This document shows, piece by piece, positions 9,106-17,281 of a stretch of 64,000 bases of DNA. Under the pieces are notes generated by a model. That model saw nothing but the letters and a program-made list of their open reading frames with translations. It was not told the origin of the DNA and did no database searches. The DNA comes from Candidatus Peribacteria bacterium (GTDB lineage: Bacteria; Patescibacteriota; Gracilibacteria; Peribacterales; Peribacteraceae): the NCBI GenBank assembly GCA_041691135.1, contig JBEPVF010000001.1:128001-192000 (forward strand), written 5' to 3'. The position numbers were made by a program, and so were the translations under genes. Each line of letters opens with the position of its first letter. The stretch's first letter is position 1.

Positions 9106-9645
9106 ATGGATCCCAAGATCGCTTCATTCCATGCCGGTGTCGAAAAAGTTCTGGCCCACCTTCACAATGAGTTCGCCAAACTGCAGACCGGTCGAGCGAG
9201 CGGTGCCTTGGTCGAGCATATCGAAGTCGAAGCATACGGACAGCGTCAGCCTCTTAAAGCCGTTGCGGGGATCTCGGTTCCCGATGCGCGCACCATCACG
9301 ATCCAGCCGTGGGACCGCAGCATCATCAATGATATTGATAAGGCATTACAGCAGGCCAACTTGGGCATGAACCCGACGAACGACGGCGTGTACATCCGCA
9401 TTTCATTGCCACCTATGACCGAGGAGCGACGCATTCAACTGACAAAAATCGTCAACAAGCTTGCCGAAGAAGCTCGCATCTCGATCCGCAAATCACGCCA
9501 AGACAGCCATGATGGCATCAAGCAGGAAAAGGATGAGGACGTGAAGGAGACGCTGCTCGAGGAACTGCAAAAGGCAGTCGACGACTCGAACGAGAAAGTG
9601 GCCCAGGCAGCGACGAAGAAGGAGGAAGAAGTGATGAAGGTTTAG
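9106..9645 (+). CDS. frr: ribosome recycling factor
   Basis: LQTGRA, IQPWD, NPTNDG, LPPMTEERR. Confidence 0.97.
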   Translation: MDPKIASFHAGVEKVLAHLHNEFAKLQTGRASGALVEHIEVEAYGQRQPLKAVAGISVPDARTITIQPWDRSIINDIDKALQQANLGMNPTNDGVYIRISLPPMTEERRIQLTKIVNKLAEEARISIRKSRQDSHDGIKQEKDEDVKETLLEELQKAVDDSNEKVAQAATKKEEEVMKV

Positions 9646-9754
9646 CTCTAAGCCAATGATCGCTACATGAGCATGTAGAAGATATTCAGCATGGCGCTGT
9701 CGCTTTCTCCGCCGTTAGTGCAACCTGTCCGATTCATCGTGCGCTCTTGCCGTA

Positions 9755-9813
9755 CCCCATCCGCCCTCTGGGGCACCTTCCCCGGCCCGCCCGTGTGCCG
9801 ACACGGGGAAGGG
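9755..9813. repeat. REP-like palindromic element
   Basis: CCCCATCCGCCCTCTGGGGCACCTTCCCC...GGGGAAGGG with nested GC hairpins in the frr-purQ spacer. Confidence 0.6.
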
Positions 9814-9906
9814 CCAAAGAGCCATTGGAAATAAGGAAGTTGGACTACAGCCCGCGGGTGGCAAGACAGCTCTTTCTCCCTCCTCGTTTTTAAGTACACT
9901 ACGATC

Positions 9907-11163
9907 ATGAAAAAGCCCACGATCGCCGTCATTTCCTTTCCGGGCAACAACTGCGAAGTCGAATCGATGCGCGCCGTTCGTGAGGCGGGCATGACGCCGG
10001 TGTTTTTTCGATGGAACGATGATCGGGCAAAATTACAAGATGTCGACGGATATTTTTTGGTCGGAGGTTTCAGTTATGAGGACCGTGGACGCTCCGGAAT
10101 GGTAGCGGGTCGCGATTCGCTGATGGACTTTATCGGTCGGGAATCGGAAGCCGGAAAAGTCGTGATAGGGAACTGCAATGGCGCGCAAATATTGGTGGAG
10201 AGCGGATTGATTCCGCTGGGAGGCGATTTGCAAATGAGCCTGGCGCGCAATGCGATTGCCGAAGGCAACGGTTTTCATGCTACCGGTTTTTTGAGCGAAT
10301 GGATTTGGATGACACCGACCTGCGATAAAGACCGCTGCGCTACGAGCGCTTGGGAAGGGGCCATGCATCTGCCAATTGCGCATGGTGAGGGACGGTTTAC
10401 AACCAAAGACAAGGATCTGATTGCCGAGCTGCGCCAAAACAATCAGATCGCATTCTCCTATTGCGATGAGAAGGGAAAGGTCTCCGTGGATCCGATGATT
10501 ACGCCCAATGGTTCCCATTATGCGATTGCCGGTATTTGTAACGCACAGGGAAATGTCATTGCCATCATGCCGCATCCGGAAAGGACACCCCATGGTGCAG
10601 CGTATTTTTCATCGCTCAAAAACTGGATCGAGAGCGGAAAAAAAACAGCCAGTATCCCTGTGACGAAGCACGCAACTCCGCATAACGTGCCGAAGCGAAA
10701 AGGCGACGGCCTCGAAATTTTTATCGAATCCATCATCGTGAATAACGAAGAACGCACGGTGGAAGCGGTGGCGCGCAAATATGCGCCGCACTTACAGCTG
10801 AAGCAATACAGGTATTTTTCGCTGTCACATCAAAACCCTCGCGCGGTCTTGGACGATCTCACCTTGTTCAACGCGAATAAAGAACGCGCAGTTATCCGCC
10901 AGAATGGAAAATTAATGGGATGGGATGCTTCTAGAAAAGAAGCAACGCAGCTTGCCGAACAAAAGGCCGAGCAATTTTCGCAGGGCACCTTGTATCTTCG
11001 TCGTGATGAACCCGATACCGGCGCAACGTCTCTTGGGGAAGGCAGCATGACCGGTGTTTGCTATGCGGTTGGAGGACAGCTGGACGAGCAGGCATTGTCT
11101 CAGTCATTGCTGCTGACAGTCTTTTACAACCCGCATGCCAGCACGCTGGAACTTCTCTCCTAA
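9907..11163 (+). CDS. purQ: FGAM synthase glutaminase subunit PurQ with a ~170-aa C-terminal extension
   Basis: FPGNNCE, GGFSYED, GNCNGAQIL (catalytic Cys), PIAHGEG, MPHPER. Confidence 0.92.
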   Translation: MKKPTIAVISFPGNNCEVESMRAVREAGMTPVFFRWNDDRAKLQDVDGYFLVGGFSYEDRGRSGMVAGRDSLMDFIGRESEAGKVVIGNCNGAQILVESGLIPLGGDLQMSLARNAIAEGNGFHATGFLSEWIWMTPTCDKDRCATSAWEGAMHLPIAHGEGRFTTKDKDLIAELRQNNQIAFSYCDEKGKVSVDPMITPNGSHYAIAGICNAQGNVIAIMPHPERTPHGAAYFSSLKNWIESGKKTASIPVTKHATPHNVPKRKGDGLEIFIESIIVNNEERTVEAVARKYAPHLQLKQYRYFSLSHQNPRAVLDDLTLFNANKERAVIRQNGKLMGWDASRKEATQLAEQKAEQFSQGTLYLRRDEPDTGATSLGEGSMTGVCYAVGGQLDEQALSQSLLLTVFYNPHASTLELLS

Positions 11164-11165
11164 GT

Positions 11166-11633
11166 ATGGAACGCTCCATTCGGTTGCTCGCTTATAATGT
11201 CCGTTCGCTCTGGAATGTAGGAGCCTTTTTCCGGACGGCCGATGCGTTTGCCGTCGAGCATATTTATCTGACGGGCTACACCGGGCATCCGCCGCGCAAG
11301 GAAATTACGAAAACCGCGCTGGGTGCCGAAGAATTTATTCCATGGGAGCATGCAGTCGATCCGCTGCCGATCGTGCAGCAACTGAAGCAGGAAGGATGGA
11401 CGATCGCATCACTGGAACTGACCGATACCGCCATCGCACTCGAAGAGTATGATCCTCTGGACAAAGTCTGCCTCGTTGTCGGTCATGAGCTCGATGGTGT
11501 GCCCGAATCATTGATGGAATTGTCCGATGTGATTCTGAAGATTCCGATGCTCGGACAAAAAGAATCGCTCAATGTATCAGTGGCGACCGGTATCGCACTG
11601 CATCACTTACGCGTTGCGGGGAAGCCGCTGTGA
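11166..11633 (+). CDS. SpoU/TrmH-family RNA methyltransferase
   Basis: NVRSLWNVGAFFRTADA, VVGHELDGV, IPMLGQKESLNVSVA. Confidence 0.92.
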   Translation: MERSIRLLAYNVRSLWNVGAFFRTADAFAVEHIYLTGYTGHPPRKEITKTALGAEEFIPWEHAVDPLPIVQQLKQEGWTIASLELTDTAIALEEYDPLDKVCLVVGHELDGVPESLMELSDVILKIPMLGQKESLNVSVATGIALHHLRVAGKPL

Positions 11634-12217
11634 AGATAGCGATACAACCAGGCGGCTGCGACAGCACCCACGATCGGCGCCAGAAGATACGGTACGGAGA
11701 AGAGTCCCAGTCCCAATGCGACCGCAGGGTTCAGCACGGCGTTGGAGAAGGACGCAGCGACATAAATACCGAGAAGCAACGATCCACCGACCACCAATCC
11801 GGCTGGAGCGCCTTCGGCACGCTTATGGACGACTGAGTTTACGCCGAAACTGAGCAGGAAAGCGCCGAGAATTTCGCCGATATACGGCTGGTATCCGGGA
11901 GTCGTTTGAATGCTTGCGAGAGCGCCGAAGACGGCTGTACCAAGGGCCGACGCCAAGATTGCGCCAATGAACTGTGCCACGATATACATGACCGCCTCGC
12001 GGTAGTGCATCTTTCCGATGCTCCAGAGTCCGATGGTCACGCCAGGATTGAGTTGCGCACCGCTGAACGTGCCAATTGTATACACGAAAATGCCGAGTGT
12101 AAGTGCGGCTCCTATCGGTGTGGAGTATGGAACAGGATGTGCGAGCGACAGCCAGACGACCAGTGTAAGCGTAAAGGCGCCAATTGCTTCGGCGAGCAGA
12201 CGGGGGAAGGTGGACAT
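11603..12217 (-). CDS. aquaporin (MIP family)
   Basis: SGAQLNPGVT and LNPAVA loops; 6 TM segments. Confidence 0.9.
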   Translation of the reverse strand: MSTFPRLLAEAIGAFTLTLVVWLSLAHPVPYSTPIGAALTLGIFVYTIGTFSGAQLNPGVTIGLWSIGKMHYREAVMYIVAQFIGAILASALGTAVFGALASIQTTPGYQPYIGEILGAFLLSFGVNSVVHKRAEGAPAGLVVGGSLLLGIYVAASFSNAVLNPAVALGLGLFSVPYLLAPIVGAVAAAWLYRYLHSGFPATRK

Positions 12218-12289
12218 GAGGGGAGAGGAAAGAAAAAAGTCACCATAAAATATACTCTACGACGAGCCCGTCGTCTCTAGTCATTCCTG

Positions 12290-14422
12290 TCAGACGGTTT
12301 CAATCGGATCGACATCGATCACTGCATCGCCTACCGCGCGATCACGAAGCAATTCGCGGGGATGTTCGCCGCGCAACAGGACTTGCCACACTTTGCCGCC
12401 GCCAAAAAAAGTAGGCGCACACTTGGCGGTGATGCGGAGTGTTTGGGCATCGATGGCTTGCTGCAGCTGCATGGTCAATTTTTTCGCCTGCACCCCACCC
12501 ATGTCGTCACGCACGATCAGGCGCACCATCTCCTGTGCCGGCGGATAACCGGTGTAGGTACGCAACTTCAATTCCTGATCCAGGTATTTCTCCGTCTCGT
12601 GTTTCGATGCGGCCACAATTTCGGGTGCATCGGGCCGGAATGTTTGGATGATCACCTCACCCTGTTTGGCCCGGCCGCTGCGTCCCGTCAGCTGTGTAAG
12701 GAGCTGGAAAATGCGCTCTCCGGCGCGAAAATGGGGAAGTGATAGTCCTACATCCGCCAGAATGACGGCCGCGAGCGTCACTTCCGGAAGGTCCAATCCC
12801 TTCACGACCGACTGTGTCCCCAAAAGAATGTCTGCTTTTCGTTCGCGCATCATGTGCAGCAGTTCGCGCATCTGTTCCGGATGTGCCAACGTATCGGCAT
12901 CGGCACGCAGAATGCGGGCCTGCGGAAACTTACGGCGCAGAATATCTTCTACTTTTTGAGTCCCCGCTCCGACGGCAAGCAATTTGGTACTCTGACAATG
13001 CGGACACAGGTTCGGCACATCAGCCGTGAGTCCTGATGTGTGATCGAGCAAGTATGGCCGACCGTCACGCGATTGATGAACCGTAAACGGCAATTGCGAT
13101 TCGGGAGAAACAATGCGGCGCCGGCACTGCAGACACAGCAGTGACGTGGCAATTCCTCTGCGATTCAAAAACAGGACGGACTGCTCATGCCTGCGCAAAC
13201 GATCCTCGATGGCATCGAGTAATGGCGGTGAGAACGGATACATGCTGCCGAAATTCACCTGTGCCAAATCGACGATCTTCACATCAGGCAGCGCTTGCTC
13301 GCGATAACGCTGCGGCAGTCTTTCCAAGTGATACCGTCCTTCGCGCGCGCGCGTCCAGGCTTCGAGCGAAGGCGTGGCCGTGCCAAATACCAGCTTCGCA
13401 CCGAACTGATTACACAGTTCTTCGGCCACTTCGCGGGCATGGTAGCGCGGCGTCTGCTCATTCTTGTACGTCCATTCATGTTCTTCGTCGATGATCACGA
13501 GTCCGAGGTATCGCATGGGTGCGAACAACGCGCTGCGCGAACCCAGTACCAAACTGATTTCGCCGCGATGCACGCGTTGCCATAGATTTCGTCGCGCGGC
13601 CGGTGTCAGGCGACTATGAATGACGGCGATGCTGCTGCGATCGAGCAGCGCCTGGTAACGGTGAATACTGTGTTCGGTCAGCAGAATTTCGGGTACCAAC
13701 ACGATTGCCTGCTTTCCTTTCTTCAAAGCGTCGACGATCAACTGTGCGTAAATTTCAGTCTTCCCCGAACCGGTGATACCGAACAGAAGTGATGGCCGGG
13801 GATCGTGGCGTATGGATTCCTCCACTTTTTCCTGCAACGGAGTAAGAGCGGGCAATTGCTTGAGCGAGGCACTGAAATTTGCGGCATGAGAGGACGCTTC
13901 ACGTGATTCTTCTTCGATAAAACCTTTGGTCACCAGTCCGCGAAGCGTCGCTTTCGAGCTGCCTGATTCGCGCAGAAGCTCATCCTCCGACAACCAATCT
14001 TTACCGGTCAGTGTTTCGAGCAACGTCTGCTGCTTTTTGCCGCGAATTATCGATATGTCTTTTCCGGATAAGCGATAGGCGTTGGTCTTTTTTGGCAGAA
14101 GCTTGATCCACGGCGGTGCCGGTAACCACACGCCGATTGCCTGACGGAGTGTCGTCAAATAATAATCCGCCATCCAACGCACGGTCGCAATTTGCTCCGG
14201 ACTCAGCAGTGGCGTCGGATGAAAAACACCGTGGACTTTCTTCAGATCATACTCAGTGGCCGGCGCATCGTTTCGAACGTCTGTTACGATCGCCTCCACC
14301 AATTTATTCCTCAGTGGAACACGCACCAGCATTCCCGGCTGCAACTGCAAATCTCCTGCGTCGTACGTCAGCCCATTACCGATTCCCCCGGATTTCGATG
14401 CAGTAAGGACGGTGCAATACAT
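12290..14422 (-). CDS. priA: primosomal protein N' PriA
   Basis: GITGSGKTE, DEEHE, PRYHAR, ATPSLE, FLNRRG, QLTGRSGR. Confidence 0.96.
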   Translation of the reverse strand: MYCTVLTASKSGGIGNGLTYDAGDLQLQPGMLVRVPLRNKLVEAIVTDVRNDAPATEYDLKKVHGVFHPTPLLSPEQIATVRWMADYYLTTLRQAIGVWLPAPPWIKLLPKKTNAYRLSGKDISIIRGKKQQTLLETLTGKDWLSEDELLRESGSSKATLRGLVTKGFIEEESREASSHAANFSASLKQLPALTPLQEKVEESIRHDPRPSLLFGITGSGKTEIYAQLIVDALKKGKQAIVLVPEILLTEHSIHRYQALLDRSSIAVIHSRLTPAARRNLWQRVHRGEISLVLGSRSALFAPMRYLGLVIIDEEHEWTYKNEQTPRYHAREVAEELCNQFGAKLVFGTATPSLEAWTRAREGRYHLERLPQRYREQALPDVKIVDLAQVNFGSMYPFSPPLLDAIEDRLRRHEQSVLFLNRRGIATSLLCLQCRRRIVSPESQLPFTVHQSRDGRPYLLDHTSGLTADVPNLCPHCQSTKLLAVGAGTQKVEDILRRKFPQARILRADADTLAHPEQMRELLHMMRERKADILLGTQSVVKGLDLPEVTLAAVILADVGLSLPHFRAGERIFQLLTQLTGRSGRAKQGEVIIQTFRPDAPEIVAASKHETEKYLDQELKLRTYTGYPPAQEMVRLIVRDDMGGVQAKKLTMQLQQAIDAQTLRITAKCAPTFFGGGKVWQVLLRGEHPRELLRDRAVGDAVIDVDPIETV

Positions 14423-14472
14423 GCGACTAGCATAGCAGGTGCACCTTTGTATACCTACATCGTCTGAAGCGC

Positions 14473-15804
14473 TTAATCAAAACCAAACATTCCCGGTTTC
14501 TTCTGACCAGGTCCTGCAGGGCGGTGTCCGCCATGTGGCCGTCGGTGGTCTGGCGTTCGTCCGGGTCGTTGCTGCCCTTCACGGGGTCGATGATCCGTGC
14601 GCGGCGTGTAATTCGTGCGAGCGCTTTGCATGGAACCTGATGCCGGATCTTCCACACGTCGTGGCGGAGGAAGGTCTGTAGGTAGAGCGGCACGCTTGAT
14701 AGTCGTGCGTACCAGTCTTTCGATATTGCGAATTTCACTCTGCTGATCCGGTGTCGCGAACGATACTGCCCGGCCTGCGTGTCCTGCCCGGCCGGTACGT
14801 CCGATACGATGGACGTAGTCTTCGGGATTATCCGGCAGATCGTAGTTGATCACGAGCTCGATCTCTTTCACATCGATGCCGCGCGCAGCGATGTCGGTGG
14901 CGATGAGCACGCGGTAGCGACCGCGCTTGAATCCTTCGAGCGCTTCGCGCCGCTGACTTAAGGACTTATTGGCATGCAGTTCTGCAACCGTATGGCCCAT
15001 CGACTTCACGCTGCGGGCCATTTTTTTAGCCCCATGTTTGGTGCGCGAGAACACGAGCACCGTTCCCTTCACCGTACTCAAAATGGATTCTAGTAATCGA
15101 ATTTTTTCTTCCTTGCGGACCATGATGAGCTCCTGCTCGACGCGGTCAGCGGTCGTACCTTGCGGCGCGACTTCGATGCGCAACGGTAACTTCATATGCG
15201 CCGATGCCAGTTGCATGATGGCGTGCGGCATCGTCGCCGAGAACAACATCGTCTGACGATCGGCCGGAACTTGTTTGATGATGCGCTGAATGGCGGGTGC
15301 GAATCCCATGTCGAACATGCGATCGGCTTCGTCGAGCACCAGAATGCTCACTTCACGCAGCGTGACAGTGCCTTGCTGCAGGTGATCGAGTAAACGACCG
15401 GGTGTGGCGATCAGAATGCGAGGATTCCGCTTGAGCATCTGGAGCTGCAATCGCATCGACGCACCGCCGATGAAGACGGCAGTATTGATACCGAGGACCG
15501 GTGTGAACTTGCGCAGCGCCTCATCCACCTGTTGGGCTAACTCGCGTGTCGGCAAAACGATGAGCCCGCGACCGCCTTTCTCCATCAGTCGCTGGAGCAT
15601 GGGAATACCGAATGCCAGTGTCTTCCCGGTGCCCGTTTGGGCGATTCCTACCACATCTTTGCCCGCAATAGCCGGAGGAATAGCCTGATGCTGAATCGGC
15701 GTCGGTATCTTGAATTGAAGCTTATCGAGCTCCTGCAAAAGACGCTCGTTAATACCAAGTTGTGAAAATTTTACATCAGATCCGTTGGTTTGTTCTGTAG
15801 GCAT
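14473..15804 (-). CDS. DEAD-box RNA helicase (RhlE-like)
   Basis: AQTGTGKT, PTRELA, DEADRM, SAT, HRIGRTGR. Confidence 0.95.
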   Translation of the reverse strand: MPTEQTNGSDVKFSQLGINERLLQELDKLQFKIPTPIQHQAIPPAIAGKDVVGIAQTGTGKTLAFGIPMLQRLMEKGGRGLIVLPTRELAQQVDEALRKFTPVLGINTAVFIGGASMRLQLQMLKRNPRILIATPGRLLDHLQQGTVTLREVSILVLDEADRMFDMGFAPAIQRIIKQVPADRQTMLFSATMPHAIMQLASAHMKLPLRIEVAPQGTTADRVEQELIMVRKEEKIRLLESILSTVKGTVLVFSRTKHGAKKMARSVKSMGHTVAELHANKSLSQRREALEGFKRGRYRVLIATDIAARGIDVKEIELVINYDLPDNPEDYVHRIGRTGRAGHAGRAVSFATPDQQSEIRNIERLVRTTIKRAALPTDLPPPRRVEDPASGSMQSARTNYTPRTDHRPREGQQRPGRTPDHRRPHGGHRPAGPGQKKPGMFGFD

Positions 15805-15923
15805 GGGCGGATTCTACTCCTTAATTGTCATAAAGACTAATTATTTTACAATATAATATTAAGGTCCTAGAAAGTGATCGAAAACAGGGACAGCGTCATT
15901 TATTAAAGTATAATGGCAGAACT

Positions 15924-16568
15924 ATGAAGATCACCAAATACGGACACTGCTGCATGTTGGTAGAAGAGAAAGGACTCAGAATTCTGATCGATCCGGGCAG
16001 TCTGACCGAAAGCAAACAGCCAACGGAAAATATCGATGTCGTTTTGATCACACATGAACACGCCGATCATTTCCACGTACCTTCGCTCAAAGCCATCCTT
16101 GCCGATAGTCCCCAGGCGAAGATCTACACCATCAAGAGTGTGGGCGATTTACTGGAAAAAGAAGGAACGAAATTTTCACTTCTTACCCATGGTCAATCAG
16201 CAACAGAAGGTGAAGTACTCATCGAAGCCTTCGGCGAAAAACATGCCGTAATGCATTCTGATGTACCGGTATCCGATAACACCGGTTTCTTCATCGCGGA
16301 GCGATTTTTCTTTCCTGGAGATGCATTCGTCGATCCCGGCAAGCGTCCGGAAATCCTGGCGCTTCCGGTAGCCGGTCCGTGGCTGAAACTATCCGAAGCC
16401 ATCGACTATGCGAAAAGCTTGAAGCCCGATGTGTGCTTCCCTGTTCACGACGGGGTCACTGTTGAATTCATGCGTCCGGCGCTGAGCGTGATGATGCCGG
16501 AACGTCTGCTGAAAATGCATGGTATTCGTGTGCTTCCGGCGAAGGAGGGAGAGATGATGGAATTTTGA
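15924..16568 (+). CDS. MBL-fold metallo-hydrolase
   Basis: THEHADH motif, PGD, PVHDG. Confidence 0.9.
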   Translation: MKITKYGHCCMLVEEKGLRILIDPGSLTESKQPTENIDVVLITHEHADHFHVPSLKAILADSPQAKIYTIKSVGDLLEKEGTKFSLLTHGQSATEGEVLIEAFGEKHAVMHSDVPVSDNTGFFIAERFFFPGDAFVDPGKRPEILALPVAGPWLKLSEAIDYAKSLKPDVCFPVHDGVTVEFMRPALSVMMPERLLKMHGIRVLPAKEGEMMEF

Positions 16569-16595
16569 GTTAACAAACAATGGACAAATACACAC

Positions 16596-16865
16596 TTAAG
16601 AATCAGCAAATTTCTCTGCCAGATAATGAATAAGCTGTTTTTTTAAAAATTTCCATCCAGCGCCTCCCTTAAGAAATTTCTCTCTTCCTAGTGCATCCAT
16701 TTTATTTACATATGTCTCACAGTAGATGAGCTTCCATGCTCTCTCCCTTGAAGTCGAAACATTTTCATGCCTATTATGCTGTTCCAATCTTCGCTTCAAA
16801 TTGCTAGTAAATCCAATATACCATTTATCAGTGTCGACGCTTTCGATGACATATACGTGATACAT
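16596..16865 (-). CDS. stand-alone GIY-YIG nuclease
   Basis: YHVYVIES...WYIGFTSNLKRRLEQHN...ALGREKFLK; AT-rich relative to its neighbours. Confidence 0.9.
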   Translation of the reverse strand: MYHVYVIESVDTDKWYIGFTSNLKRRLEQHNRHENVSTSRERAWKLIYCETYVNKMDALGREKFLKGGAGWKFLKKQLIHYLAEKFADS

Positions 16866-17017
16866 AGATCCATTCTAGGACCGACTAAATATAAAAGTGG
16901 GTCATAAAAAAATTATAGAAAGGCATAAGTTTGTTTCGCTGTTTTCCGTTGCTGTATTAGACGTTCTAAAGCTATGAAGAACTGTCACTTTTTGAAACAG
17001 ATTTTATTAAAAGAAAA

Positions 17018-17122
17018 GCCACGGAAAATCGTTGCGCAATCGCGTGGCACGCAAAGCGGAAATGACAGAAAGTGCGTCGAAGGTTATGGCTGTGCCACGC
17101 GGCGCCGCAGGCGCTTTGCGTG
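17018..17122. repeat. tRNA-3' inverted-repeat trailer (copy 1)
   Basis: 11-bp IR CACGCAAAGCG (17048-17058) / CGCTTTGCGTG (17112-17122). The internal TCGAA-N4-ATGGCTGTGCCACG motif is shared with the tRNA-Gln trailer. Confidence 0.7.
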
Positions 17123-17197
17123 GTCGGGGCGGCGGGACTCGAACTCGCGACCTCCTGGTCCCAAACCAGGCGCTCTAGCCAACTGAGCTACGCCCCG
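17121..17197 (-). tRNA. tRNA-Pro(TGG)
   Basis: CGGGGCGTAGCTCAGTTGGCTAGAGCG-CCTGG-TT-TGG-GA-CCAGG...GTTCGAGTC...CCCCGACCA. Confidence 0.96.
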
Positions 17198-17281
17198 GTG
17201 AAGCGGACAGATAGTACAGCAATTTTTGCGTTGCACCACTGCCTTTCTCTACCGCCAAGATGCATCGTCTGCGTTTTCCAG

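Noticed and set aside
9663-9992. 109-aa minus-strand ORF in the track
   Set aside because: It overlaps the purQ start and a palindromic repeat and lacks protein-like features.
16570-17200. Integrative element or prophage at tRNA-Pro
   Set aside because: No integrase, no duplicated tRNA 3' end (att) and no phage genes were seen.
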